Source of the DNA: Eledone cirrhosa
Taxonomy: Eukaryota
Length of the DNA: 64,000 bases
Direction of reading: 5' to 3'
Assembly (NCBI GenBank): GCA_964016885.1
Contig: OZ024743.1
Coordinates: forward strand, 304,606,001-304,670,000
Below the pieces are notes generated by a model. That model was not told the DNA's origin. It searched no databases and saw only the letters and a program-made list of their open reading frames with translations. The position numbers were made by a program, and so were the translations under genes. Of this stretch, positions 1-16,621 are shown piece after piece; the first letter of the stretch is position 1, and every line of letters begins with the position of its first letter.

Positions 1-278
1 GCACTTGTGAGTAACTAGCTCCACTCCGATACCAGTGAGCAGGATTGTTGTCCAGGGACCAATAACACCGGAATTCTCCATTACCACAGGGTCAACCTCA
101 AACCTATAACAGAGCTGTCGATAATTTGACAGTTTGCCCTCTCCGGTCTGGCGGACAGTGAAGCCTAGACTGTTATTTGCTATTTATTGTACCCTGTAGT
201 GAGTGTTTCGTTAGTGAGGGGTTCTCCAAGCTTATTCTTCTCAAATACGGTAATCTGCTTTTGGTTACCCTCTTCTTA

Positions 279-432
<154 letters not shown>

Positions 433-497
433 GTATGAGTATTTTGTATATCTAGCGATATACGGTATGTGTACGAATAAACATTATGAAAGCCTTC

Positions 498-890
498 AGC
501 TATGTAACTGGAAACTGATGATGTAGCGCCATCTAGCGGATTCCAGCAGAAGCTAAGGTTGGGTAACTGTCGACGACGTCGTTTCTGACTAATGTCGTTA
601 TCAATACATTACTCTCTTACCCTGCTCTTTGCTGGAACTCAAATATAGGCGACAATATATAGTTTTGACACCTATGTACATGGCTGATTAGACTTATTTG
701 CATATGGAGCTATCGGGTGGCTCAGAACTATATGTTTTCGCCTATATTTCAGTTCCAACAGAGAGCAGGATAAAGAAGCACTGTCTTGATAATGACCAGG
801 AGCAGAAACGACGTCGTCAATAGTTATCCAACCTTACATTGTGTTAGAATCCGCTAGATGGCGTTATGTCATCAGTTTCCGATATAGTTG
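498..890. mobile_element. palindromic MITE-like fold-back element
   Basis: Arms of about 180 bp are imperfect reverse complements: GGAAACTGATGATGTAGCGCCATCTAGCGGATT (from 510) vs AATCCGCTAGATGGCGTTATGTCATCAGTTTCC (to 880), and GACGACGTCGTTTCTG vs CAGAAACGACGTCGTC. Confidence 0.75.
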
Positions 891-1112
891 TATATATATA
901 TATATATATATTTTTTTTGTTAATTTATATTTAATTATTGTCATGTTTCTGTCATTAAATGAGAGAAATAAGTCAAACTTAACTCAAATGTAGAAACAAT
1001 TATTATTTAAACACAATTCACAAGACATAGAATATATTTGTAATTAGATGACATACAACTGGTATAAGTTGTAACGATGAAAGAATGGTATTTAACTAAT
1101 GTATTGGTACGC

Positions 1113-2300
1113 GATGGGGCCCACTCACAGCCCCGGCGGACAGAATGGAGAACGCGTTTCCCCGGAGGACGGCAAGGGAGACGCGCTGGAAAAGTCACTC
1201 CAACTCGCGGGGCTCACACTTGCGGCTGGCCAGCTCAGCGCCTTTGGTTGGAAGTAAGGAGGTAGCCCTGGGGCCGAGGACACCAGAAGTTTCCACTGCC
1301 AGGGGAACGACCGCAAACCTGTCGGAGAGCGACCGGTATTTGAGGAGTTTGGCCCCCTCAGCCCGACGTGCAGCAGAACCTGGGTCAGTCGCAGACTGCA
1401 CCAGGTTGCGGCTGCAGAAAGTGTCGGTGCAAGTGGCATCCCAGACGAGGGGTTTGCCACCGCGGAACAGTAAGATGGTCATGCCATCTGGCCTTTTGCC
1501 GTCCCCTCGATCCAGCCCCACCGGCTCGAGCTGGGAAGGGAAGCCTGCAGCGTCCAAGCCATGCTTGATGACCTCGTTTAGGGCAGTATGGCGTGGAATG
1601 CGGCCGGCACTGTGACGACAGGAAAGCGGGTGGAGGCCGAAAGATTTCACGGTGGAACCGCAGCGACATTGGTGTGGCTGGCAGATCCGGAGGCCGAGCC
1701 TCAGGGAAACGCCGCTTCGCAGGCTATGGTTGTCTAGCTGCGTGCCAGTGGAGAGGGAGGGCAAAGCATGGAGCCAGGCACCACTGTGGGGTTTGGAGGC
1801 CGCACGCAAACAAGCAAGGCGGTGCTGGTCGAGCTGGCGCGTGAGCCTGTCTGAGGCCAGGCTGCACTGGATGGCATCCTAAGTGCGTTGGGGGGACTTG
1901 ACGTCAACAGAGGGAGAAGGAGGAGGGACGTCTACTGGGTTAAGTTCCAGCCTGTCCCACGTCTCACAGGCGGCCTCACGTTCTCTGAACACAGAGGGTT
2001 CTGTTGTGTTTTGAAGAATCCTGACGAGGACGCGGCACGAGGTTATCGACGAAAGATACGTGGATCGGTGACCCGAGGAGGAGGACATCCTCTTTGGGGG
2101 TCACCTGAACCTGACAGAGAATGGACAGCACGTCCAAGACGGAGGCTGCAAAGCTCGCAGCATCGAGGCTGACGTTCACCACCTCCGACTTGGCCGAGTT
2201 GACCTGGAGGCTGATTCGCGCCAGTGAAGGAATCCCCGATTGAAGGTCTTGGCAGACCGTCCGTACGGGCCCACCCAACGTAGCATCACCCAGATACAGA
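1113..2300 (-). mobile_element. CRE-clade-like non-LTR retrotransposon, 3' part (end of RT, CCHC knuckle, restriction-like endonuclease), decayed
   Basis: ORF 1195..1809 has HSGAWL..LRLG, CRC-x8-H-x3-C, RH, RPDG, WDATCTDT and VETSG motifs typical of RLE-encoding elements; upstream YLGDATLGG is a degenerate YLDD. Confidence 0.85.
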
Positions 2301-2629
2301 GAGGGTAACAGAGATTGCTCTAATGTGTTATATAAATGTACGCATATATAATATGTAAGCACGTAAATATGATGTTTGATTTCAAAATCCTAGTTGAAGT
2401 TCTCTTAACATATATCTGATTCTAGTACTCTGTCTAGTCGAAGCTGTAAGGAATATTCATCTTCCTGTTGTCTATCGATTTATTTTAATTAATTTGCTTT
2501 AACAATATACAATCTTCTGTATATAATCCTTTAAGAGACAGCATATATTAGATTGAATGATAAATGTTTTCTCATGCAACCATGATAGCATGGGCATATC
2601 TATCTATCTATCTATCTACCTATCTATCT

Positions 2630-3111
2630 CGAGGGAGAGGCGGTTTTCCTATGTATAATGGCTATGGTGAAAGAGGTTATATAGTGGACGAGGTTAAAAG
2701 GGCTGAGGTCAGACACCTTTCTCTCCGGCGAGCAACTGATTCGTTTTTCAAATATCATTTTGGAAGAAGTATCAGGATGGAGAGAGAGGTGCTGTACCCC
2801 AGCAAATTTTTTAAAAGGTGGATGAATGTGGCAAAGATGGCCCGAGTGGTTGGGCCTTCTCTCTATACAAGCCTGTAGGTTGAGGAAAAAGAGGAAGAGA
2901 GGAAGGGAGTATTCATTATTGGTGCTCCTGGGGATGAGGGTTGTACATTTTTTCGGGGTGTGTACAACCCCTGTGTAACACATCCCCCCTATTGGGGATA
3001 TCAATTGTTATTGGTTATTTTATTAATAGTTTTATTTTCATATACCTGTATGTAAACTCTAGATCTGTAATTGTCCCCTTCTTTTGTGCACTTGTGGCTA
3101 ATAAAGAAATT
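2630..3111 (+). mobile_element. 5'-truncated Tx1/L1-type LINE 3' end inserted in a (TATC)n tract
   Basis: Peptide FFKYHFGRSIRMEREVL..KFFKRWMNVAKMARV matches the ORF2 C-terminus at 44231..44521. It ends in AATAAAGAAATT and is flanked on both sides by (TATC)n. Confidence 0.8.
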
Positions 3112-3137
3112 TATCTATCTATCTATCTATCTATATT

Positions 3138-4607
3138 TCCGGAGTGTAGATAAAGAATGAATAATAACAGGTAGACATCATAAAAAAGGTAATTTATTCC
3201 GTGTGCTTACAAATATTTCCACGGTGGTAATACAGCCTAGTTATGCTATGTGCAAATTTTCAACTATTTGCAGAACTCAAATATCAAATGCTGTGACCAC
3301 TGTATCATCAGAGCAGAATGGTTAAAATGTACAATGTAAATATCCTTAAGTGAGGTTATTGGAGAAGATAGAGTAGAAAAGGAAGAGAGAAAAGTAGGGG
3401 AGAGAGAGAGAGCGAGAAAGATATGCAGGGGTTGGAGAAATAGGAGAGAGTGGTTTGTAGATATGTTAATCAAAATGTTATGGTAGGGGTTTTATTATAC
3501 TGGTTACTTTTAGAGAGATGCGTTGATAGTCAAGGTTGGAATTATTTATTGCCCCAGAGGGAAGGTTCATAGATGTGGAGAGGGAGGGAGGTAGGTCAAA
3601 GGCGATAGAGAGAGAGTGGAATAGATATAGAGGGAGATATAGAGAGGGGACAGACGGAGTCTATGGGGTGGGTGAACTTTGGGTTCGTAGTAGTAATCTG
3701 CGAATTGCACTGAGTTACCATTTATAGTGATAAGCAGGGTATTGTCTTGTAGTGTGGGGGAAGAGAAGGTGGTTAGCTAGAAAGCGATGTTATAGTTACG
3801 GGTTCGAATGTTAAGTTATTTTATAGTGAGAGAATTTAGCTTTTAGTTTGTGGTTGCAGTATAATGATCGTTCGATTCTATCGTTAAGTAGTTTATTTTT
3901 GGATTTTAATATGTAAAAGAGTTCAAGGTTAGATAACCTACAGTACTTCAATCCACTCCGATATGCACTTGCGCTGGAAAGTATATCCGATTTTAAGGTG
4001 AACTGTTGGTTGCGTTCACGGAGTTGCCAGGTCTTGTTGGCGAGCGTGGTCACAAAACGGTGATCAGGATGTTTGATTGAGAATCGATGACGGTACCAGC
4101 GAGATTTAAACGAGGTGGTGGTAGATCCGATGTAGTATCATTTCTGGTCGTTCGATTCAACCGTGCATTGGTAAACAATGCTGGACTTTAGTTCCAACAA
4201 TAATTCCAACCTTGACTATCAACGCATCTCTCTAAAAGTAACCAGTATAATAAAACCCCTACCACAACATTTTGATTAAGATATCTACAAACCACTCTCG
4301 CCTATTTCTCCAACCACTGCATATCTTTCTCTCTCTCTCCCTCTCCCCTACTTTTCTCTCTTCCTTTTCTACTCTATCTTCTCCAATAACCTCACTTAAG
4401 GGTATTTACATTGAACATTTTAACCATTCTGCTCTGATGATACAGTGGTCACAGCATTTGATATTTGAGTTCTGCAAATAGTTGAAAATTTGCACATAGC
4501 ATAACTAGGCTGTATTACCACCGTGGAACCATTTGTAAGCACACAGAATAAATTACCTTTTTTATGATGTCTACCTGTTATTATTCATTCTTTATCTACA
4601 CTCCGGA
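3138..4607 (-). mobile_element. Penelope-like element remnant: GIY-YIG endonuclease fragment between ~410-bp inverted pseudo-LTRs
   Basis: About 3138-3545 and 4199-4607 are near-identical inverted repeats (twin ORFs 3264..3473 and 4272..4481). The minus strand of 3811-4190 reads SSIVYQC...YYIGST..FKSRW..H..S...CRL..LE, a GIY-YIG pattern. Confidence 0.85.
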
Positions 4608-4734
4608 TTACAGAAGGATCAGAATCTAAGTTTCTTCAACAATTCTTCCATAACTCGTTAAGTAACCTCTCACCCTACGTCAACCATATCCAGTCTAGTA
4701 ATTAACCATTACTACATCTAGGATAATCCTATAC

Positions 4735-5102
<368 letters not shown>

Positions 5103-5845
5103 ATGCAATTCTTGTTGAGATATAATTTTTATTCTAACAAATTCGGATATCATTTACGTTTTGCATGACTTACTTAAATTTCAGAAAATTATATATTTAT
5201 TTTGTTATCGCAATAATAAATTATTGAAATGTGTCGAAGCTGCGACACATATTATTCAGTAAAATATCAAATCGAAGAGTATTCAACTTAATTGTGGCGA
5301 ATTTGTGTATAGTAAGAACAAACAGTTCGATTGAGAGAGAGAGTTATTAAGAGGTTTTTTTTTCAAGCAAACACACTACTTTGCTTATCAGTCGAACGCG
5401 TTGGCAAACTCAGTAAAGTCTCATGTTGAATGCTTTAGATTTTAGTTATAATATCGACATTCTGTCAAGGTTAACTTTCGACTTTCATCCACCTGGAGTA
5501 AATGAATTAAACACTGATAAATTTGTAATGTACTAAGGTGATAAATCTATTAATATAATTTAAAACATGCAATCTCTCATTATCTGGTTGTAATGCTAAT
5601 TAAATTCTCATTAAATTAAATAAGTATTTACTCTCTTTTCGTTCCCGAAACGCATCCCCACCTCTCTCCTTCTTTATTTTATTCTCTCTACTTTCTCCCC
5701 GCCCCCTCTCTCGCTGTATATATATATATATATGTGCGTGTGGGTGTGTATGTGTGTATCTAAACACTCACATGCTCACACACACATATATATATATACA
5801 TATGTGTGTGCACACTTATGTATACGCACACATATGTATATATGC

Positions 5846-6057
5846 ACGAGGGTAGACTGAACGGTTCATAGGCTGAATATAAAGGGGTGATGCTAGTACT
5901 GTGATATCTACATGCATTAATGTGGAACTCTTCTTATTTGTAAATGCATTGTATCTTTCCAGGGACTATTTTGAATAGACCTCATTTGGTTATTTCATGA
6001 GAGTATCTTGGTCAGCCTATGAACGTTTTAGCTTATGAACTTTTCAACCAACCCTCG
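5846..6057. mobile_element. mariner/Tc1-derived MITE remnant
   Basis: Imperfect TIRs ACGAGGGTAGACTGAACGGTTCATAGGCTGA and TCAGCCTATGAAC...TTTTCAACCAACCCTCGTA; TACGAGGG termini are typical of mariner elements. Confidence 0.6.
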
Positions 6058-7574
6058 TATATATATATGAATATGCCTGTGTATTATACTTTTTGTATAT
6101 TAGTTTTAGTGTTATTACCTGGTCAGGGATAGTTTCATTGGTCGCGAAAATACAGATTAAGTTTAATGTTTTTATTAACAGATAAGACTCTATAGTTTTT
6201 TGTGCTCATATACACTTTGAAAATGAACTAACAAAGTTATTTAACAATATTTTACATAATGTATAGTCACATTTAAATCATTATATGTAATAATGGTAAT
6301 ACAATTTTACAATAATTAATGAGAGAATATGTTTTGTGAAAAATCAATATCTAACTTGTAGTCTTTCAAAATCAAAGACGTGTGATTTCCAATCAAAGTG
6401 AATTCAATCGGCCATGGCGTTTGTTCTTTGTTGCGACGATGCGTTATTTCGTACAAGTGATGAATTCTCATTTTGTATATAAGAACTTATGAATAAAAAG
6501 CTCATGCTTATTATACGAATGTATTTTATGGTTATGTGTTTATTATTTTTGATTTATTTAATTTTCATATTCTTTTTCTCTAGCCATCTGTTTTTATTTA
6601 TATAATAATTCGAGCATTTAATTTATATAGCTCAGTTGGAAATTTTAAATGATTTAGTAAAATTCATCCACCCATTCATTGTTAGAATATTGCAGTAATA
6701 TTTTTATTGATAAAATATAAAAACATTTGTTAGTTAATACCATTTTTTCATATCACAGAGAAATTATAAATCTTTTACCCATTTGTTGACACCTACTATG
6801 GAAAACTTATACTCTCAAAACTACCCATCTTTTAAGGACTCACTCTCTAGTTTATTATACTTCTCATCTTTAACTACGGGGCGTGTGCTAAAACGTAAAC
6901 TGAATATCATAGAAATATAAGTAAATGTTGGTACTGAATTAGGAATATCGTTATCTATATATAAATCAAAGATTTAGCAGTTTCTAATGTCACTGATGCA
7001 TAATTGTGTCTATAAAAGCGATAACTAATTAACGATGGGTTTGGACAAAAGACTGGAAATAAATAGTGCATGGTAATACAGCGGCGTTTGATATTTCTGT
7101 AGAGAAACCACAAAATCACATGTTTCATTGAATTAATATCAGACGTGACAAAATGTATTTAATTGACTTCTATCGGCAGTCGCATTACATCTTATTTTCA
7201 TATTGATTTATAAATTTGGCACAAGAACACGAATTTATAAGAAAGTAATATAGTTGGTATTAATTTGACTCTAACATGTTATTGGTACTAATGTTATTGA
7301 TCCAGGAACAATGAAAAGCAAACTTATATTCGGCGCAATTTAAAGGTGGATTGTGCAAAGCTAAATAACGTATTTCTGCCACTCCACAGCCCTTGTGATT
7401 AAAAGTTTAGTTATGGTTGACTTGTCTGTACTAGAAAATAGGGTCTGTGTCCCCAATACAAGGCATTTTATCTTGACATAAGATTGCAATAAAACAAAGT
7501 ATATGTTGCTAGAAAACTAAAATCACAATCCAGATGCTATATTAATTCGAAAACAATACATTTCATTTGTATCA

Positions 7575-7761
7575 ATAATTGTTTCTACGTTAGGCGCAAG
7601 GCCAGCAATTACCTAGTGTATTACTGGTACTTTATTTTATCCGTAAGGATGAAAGGCAAAGTTAACCTCGGCGGAATTTGAACTCAGATTGGAAAGGGCC
7701 GTAACTCTATGCGTCAAAACATGGCGTCAGACCCTCTACCGATACTGCCAATCCACCGCCC
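7575..7761 (-). mobile_element. tRNA-type SINE of the window's main family
   Basis: Reverse complement of GAGTTCAAATTCCGCCGAGGTTAACTTTGCCTTTCATCCTTACGG..ATAAAATAAAGTACCAGT (B-box plus conserved core). Confidence 0.85.
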
Positions 7762-8839
7762 ATGTGTATCAATAATGGCACCAGGAAGGTCTGAATGAAA
7801 TGCGATTACAAGTCCTTCTCTTTAATTTTGAGATATTTTATCAACTGAATTTTAGAATCACCATCACTGTGTTGTAGAAAACTATGTTTTTATTAATTTG
7901 TTGTTCAGCCATACGTAAGTAATTATCAAGCAGATCTAAAACGGAAGACCTTCCGGCTGTGATCATCTGAATGATTTTCAGACATTTTTCTTATCGGAAA
8001 TATTATCCATAATTTGTCTTTCTCGTTTTTATGGTGAATGTGTTCGTATTTCTGGCTGGCTAAGCGATCAAATAGATGAACGGTCCATCCTCCGATTTAT
8101 TAATTACTCTTTAAAGGATGCGCAAAACCTATGACATATAAAGGTTAGTTATCAGTTTTAATAAGAGATGTAGTATTTAGGAAAAGAGATTAGTGCAAAC
8201 CCTGGGTAATTTTAAGTATAATAAAGATGGTCATTTAAGGATTGAGGAAGAGGCTACATATTATAGGCTTAAGTAGAGATGATACACGTCACGCTAATTT
8301 GGAGCAGTTTGTAATATGTATTAGTAAAACACAAAGAATGAGGCAATGCCACTCTTTTGAGGCAGTAATTGTAGTGTTAGTAACGGAATCTACAAATCCC
8401 CCGAATGAAAATATGAATGTTTTAGGATATTTGTTGATGTAGTATCATCGTTATCATTACCAACAACAACAACACCACCACTATCACTGCCTTCTACAAG
8501 TAAATATATGTGATCAAATCATAAATGTAGGTAACAATATTCATTCGTGGAGAGTACTGATGAAGACACCTATTTATTTTTGGAGTAGAGCACAAATTTA
8601 GATGAACCAAATCTGGCATATCACATGGTTGTCGTTTTCTTTTGTCGTCTATATTCCCAATGAAGGAACTGAACATAGATCAGAAAGCGAGCGAGTCATT
8701 AATAACTATAGAGTAATGTTTCTTGCAACGTTAAGACCAATGATATATAAGTCTTTTCATAATTTAATTTCTATAGTGCAATATTTTATCGCTTTAATCG
8801 GGAGAAATAGCCGTGCCTATTAACAACGATATATTTATA

Positions 8840-9130
8840 TTCTGTGTAAGAACATACATAAATAACGTAATACTATATATCAGCTCTCACACCAGATGTA
8901 GCATTGGTACGCTAGCAGACGAAGTGTATGATACATTTATATCTGTATACATACAGAGTGGTAAACAGAGATCACACATAAGTCTATATAAATATACACA
9001 TATTTATTAAGTATCATGTAAACATGCCAGAAAATACGAATTTCCTTGTAAATTAAAGATGATAAAAACTTTAATCGATTTTCGGTCATTGTTGGGCCCT
9101 CATCTGGCATGTGTACTTGCCTATATATTA
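8840..9130 (-). mobile_element. Penelope-type terminal repeat fragment, same family as 22100-22460
   Basis: Shares CGAAGTGTATGATA and CATG..AACATGCCAGAAAATA.GAAT...TGTAAATT with 22100-22460, and has a degenerate hammerhead core. Confidence 0.55.
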
Positions 9131-9177
9131 ATTGTGTGTACATTTATATACACATTGGTTTAGTCTTGGTTTCCTAC

Positions 9178-9239
<62 letters not shown>

Positions 9240-9265
9240 TGTGTGTGTAGGGGGATGGTGCGTGC

Positions 9266-9297
<32 letters not shown>

Positions 9298-9299
<2 letters not shown>

Positions 9300-9810
9300 T
9301 AGCAGTGGTACCCGGCGTTGCACGGGATAATGTATTGTGAAATATATAACCGCCTTAGCTAAGCTTAGTATTGCCGCAACCACGGCTGGCAAAGGAGTAA
9401 GGGTCTGGTGGTACGTAAGTAAGCAACACCGTGGCTTAAAACGTGAGGAAGAAGTTGTGTGCACTTACCAACTGTTTGGAGAATGAGTGTGAGATTTGTC
9501 TTCAGCAAGGGTGGCTGAATAACCGGAGGCAGCAGACAGTCAGACATACAGACAGATATTATAAGGGCGCGACGTTATATGTATGTGTCTATCTAAAAAG
9601 AGAAAGACTAAGAATTATAGAGAGAGATCGCAAAATCGCCAAATGCGCTCCCTAGAGCATTGACAATTTGAAATTGTTTTTGCTCAAAACACTCGCTGAA
9701 ACATAAGTATTACATGTGTAAAGTTTCAAAACAGTCGGTTGGGTGGTTTTCTAGTTTTAGGGATTCAAACTCTCACACACAGAGACATCCTCAGTTTTAT
9801 ATATATAGAT
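9298..9810 (+). mobile_element. non-autonomous Helitron/Helentron-like element (tentative)
   Basis: 5' ACTAGC..CCCGGCGTTGCACGGG hairpin, internal (CAGA)n and 3' TTTTATATATATAGAT, an arrangement typical of HINE/Lep1-like elements. Confidence 0.45.
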
Positions 9811-9826
9811 TACATAATAAATAACA

Positions 9827-9953
9827 CAATATAATTATTCCTTTACCAAAGGTTTCAAGAAACTAGACGAGCCGTTCATCAGATGAACGGCTGGACGTTT
9901 CTGTAAGAATCGTCTAGTTTCTTGAAACCTTTGGTAATGGAATAATTATATTG
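9827..9953. repeat. 44-bp inverted repeat with a nested 11-bp hairpin
   Basis: 9827-9870 and 9910-9953 are reverse complements with one mismatch; AGCCGTTCATC-A-GATGAACGGCT lies inside. Confidence 0.9.
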
Positions 9954-10050
9954 GTTTGTTTTTTATGTAATTAAATAGCTCTGTACAGTACATAGAGCAC
10001 TCATCTTCCTTTTACATTTTCTACGGAAATACTTAACACACACATACACG

Positions 10051-10099
<49 letters not shown>

Positions 10100-10460
10100 A
10101 CACACATATATATATATATAAATATATTATATATATATATATATATGAAGATGGCGTAGGGCAGAACAAAGGAGAGGCACAAAAAAACAAAAAAAGTATC
10201 CCCAGTCACTGAAGATGTCACAGAATGTGTGACGAAAGAACTTTGACAATATATAAACAACCATCTGGTTGTGGAACCAACCAACCAACCGGAAATTTAT
10301 AAATTCCTAAATTTATAAATTTATTATAATAAATTGAAGTGAAAGTATCTGGTGCGTGTGTTTCTTATTAGCAACATGACCCTCCCAAAGTATAACAATA
10401 TCGGTTTCAACACACGTTTTCAGATAAAGAATCTTGCTAAACAAATTCAGAAACGAAATC

Positions 10461-10561
<101 letters not shown>

Positions 10562-12185
10562 CATATCATATATTCCAGCTGCAGGTTGATAACATGTCTC
10601 CCACCGACTAGTAGTTAGTTAAGGTCGGTGGTTAGTTTACGGAAGATAATTGTCAGAAAATATAGATGACGCCTGAGATCTAGTACAGGCACTTCATAGT
10701 TGGCTTTGATATGCCGAGTGATTTGCTTACCTGTTAGGATAATCGACGGTCCTATTTCCTGGATAGCATCTATAGAAAGGGGATGAAAGCGTGTAGAAAT
10801 GTGTATGTGTGCTCGTATCAAATTAATGTTTGTATGAAATGCTGATAATGTTCATACTATTTATAAGTTATATTATTAGTGATCGAGGAATATTTGTAAC
10901 AAAAATTGATCTGTATAGTAATTTATTGGACGTCAAAAGATTTTGAATTTGAAATTTCCGTAAAATTTCGTCAATTAATTCTTGTAAGCGGGATATTTCT
11001 ATATCGTATCTATATAGTTACACTTTATATCTATTTTGTACACGATTTATATTTTATTTATTTCCTATGCATTTATATCACATTTACCAAAATCTATTCC
11101 TAACTTTTTTCGTATATATATATATATTAGAAGTAAAAATAAGTATTTACTATTTATATAATTATCCCTTGTCTACAATATTCTGAGTGAAGCTGCTTGA
11201 AACACCTTTATAATGTTCAGTCTACAGTCACATGACACTAATCATCATTAAGGTTTTGTGACAAATAAAGATATAAATTTTTGATCATCAGGAAAATGAA
11301 TCAAGGTTTTCTTTTAGGCTATTTACAGTTAATGTTCAAATTACTCTGGGGCCAACTTTGCTTTCTGTCTTTCGGCGATCGATATAATCAACTAATCCCT
11401 CCTTCCACGAAATTCCTGGTCTTGTAACTAAATTAGAAACAATTAGTATTATAATTGGCATCATTATAGATGCAGGTATTGTTGTGAGGTTAAGTAGAAT
11501 TGTAATTTAAATCAGTAATTTCATTTTACATTTATTTAACTCAATTATAATCATTTTTGTTTTTTCATTTTTTTAATCTTCTGCATGACATTTCATCTTT
11601 ATACAAAGATTTATTCATTGTTCAATTTTCCAGTTTTTAGGATGATATGATAAGATTAGAATAAAAGACGTTGGCTGCTATATAGGTATAGCGTACTTTT
11701 GATATTTAAAAAAAAAAAAAACAACCATACTTGTATCAATCAGTCGAAGAATTTTTCTTTCGATTTCAAATTATATTTTTATATAAATACTTTAAGAAAC
11801 TTGATAACCAGGTATAAAATGATTGAAGATTTGGCTGCCACTAGAGACTCGAGTGTTATTGTGAGCGAAACCCATGGGTCAGGATTTAGTGATTTAATCC
11901 TGGTATGTATATAAGCATTTCTAACTTTAATTTTTACCTACTTATGTATGGTTGACCGTATATTTAATTAATTTCCACGTGCTGTTGAAATGTTGGGTAA
12001 ATATTCTAGAGCGGTTGGACGCGAAGACGCTGCTGTGGCGTATTTATTTACTGTTTCTTCATAGGTGCCTTTTATTCTTATAGCCTGGTCTAATTGATTT
12101 TTTGTATGGTTAATTATGCTTATTGGGAGTAGAAGTGATGTATATACGTTATCAAATAATTCTCTGGACGTGCTTTACTCTATAG

Positions 12186-12220
<35 letters not shown>

Positions 12221-12296
12221 TACAAAACTCGTCCTATGGACTGAGTACTCTTACCGTTGGTTACCTCTAACCAACCTTTAATACAGTATATATAAA

Positions 12297-12348
<52 letters not shown>

Positions 12349-12409
12349 TAAGTTATTCCGCGTTGAATCGGAGGTACCCACAGTAAGTAAGGTACTTAAT
12401 ACAGAGCAG

Positions 12410-12860
12410 AGTATAAGAGTTTTAATATAGATGAGATTCTACAGGACTAGAACTGTTTCATTCGTTAGAAATCATCAGGAATCTGGCTTTCCAAAAATAA
12501 AAGTTGTGGTATTTATATCAGGTGGTAGGAGAGGGTGTATAGTGGGATGGGTGGAGGTCATTGGTTGAAAGAAAAGGTAATTCATTAAAAGCTAATTCTT
12601 TAAGTCAATAGATTATATTTAGAGTGAGAAATGCAGAAAGGATTCTATAAACAGGTCCAGAATGGGGTGCAACTCCTTATATTTAAGTTTATCTTAAGTT
12701 AACAATGCCTATATTTCAGGTTCTATAAGGTGGTTGTGGGTCGGTCATGGTTGATGGATTTAAAGAAAAGGGAAATTCTTTAAAAGCTAATTCTTTAAAG
12801 CTCTACTTAGAATGACAAATGCCAAGAGAATTCTATAAACCAGTTCAAAATATTGGGTGT
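12410..12860 (-). mobile_element. Penelope-type terminal repeat with an internal ~120-bp direct repeat
   Basis: 12420-12570 is the reverse complement of 14750-14905 and carries a CTGATGA...GAAAC core; about 12545-12670 is repeated at 12735-12860. Confidence 0.6.
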
Positions 12861-12929
12861 CTATCATTATTGTCATATTTCTCTTAAGCTATATTCCAGG
12901 TGTCAACAGACGCATTCACATACACACAA

Positions 12930-13052
<123 letters not shown>

Positions 13053-13055
13053 TAT

Positions 13056-13129
<74 letters not shown>

Positions 13130-13130
<1 letters not shown>

Positions 13131-13738
13131 AATGGTGACTGCCAACTCGTTTTCGAGTACGGCCACTACTTTATATCCATGTAGGAGAACGCCTACCGAT
13201 GAGCTGAACAAGTCACTTTTTAGTCGAGCCAGCGACTTGAATACTCTGGTACAAACACTACACGTGTGTCAATTATTGACACATAGTGCTGGGCCCATGG
13301 CACCATGTGATGACAAGTGCAGAGAGATCTCCAGATATAAAGCAATGCCTGTGCCATGAAGCTTTTATAGTGAGCAAAGGCACTGCACAAAGCCAATCCC
13401 ACTCTCTTGACCAAGATTATATTTACCAAAAAGAAGAACAAGACAACATCATTGGGTACCATCAGGGTTGCAGGTGTTATATCAGAGTTTTCCTTCTCCT
13501 AGAATTCTGCCTTGACAAAGGCTAAGGTGTCATCTCTCCCGGTGATTTTGGATGGCCATTGACCTTAAGAGCTCCTTTGCCCTTTGACAGGTTTTGTTTT
13601 TAGTCCAGCAGGATGTCCAAAGTCACCCTCCTCACCAAGAAACCTTGGTGGGGTTGCCAGTTTAGTCACCAACGACCCGATCATCGGACGGGTTGTACTG
13701 GGATACACGTTACCAGTAGCACCAACTGGTGACCTGAC
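13130..13738 (-). mobile_element. interspersed element resembling an RTE-type LINE 5' UTR (mirror copy at 63242-63852)
   Basis: GC-richer island between microsatellites with TCTAGGAGAAGGAAAACTCTGA, a motif I associate with RTE 5' regions; no ORF homology recognised. Confidence 0.35.
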
Positions 13739-14612
<874 letters not shown>

Positions 14613-14914
14613 AAATGAAATCTGAAGGTAAGGTAAAATTCCAATCCTTTAATCATGACACATGTTTCAATAAGAGATAGATCGATTGTGAAGCCATGAT
14701 CGATTATCACTGATCTCATCAGGTGAAAATGAATTGTCTTCAAATTTTTTCAACCAATGACCTCCACCCATCCCACCCCCATCTCTCCTACCACCTGAAA
14801 AGATATAAATACCACTACATTTATTTTGGGAAAGCCAGATTCCTGATGATTTCTAAAGAATGAAACATTTCTAGTCCTGTAGAATCTCATCTATATTAAA
14901 ACTATATATATATA

Positions 14915-16621
<1,707 letters not shown>

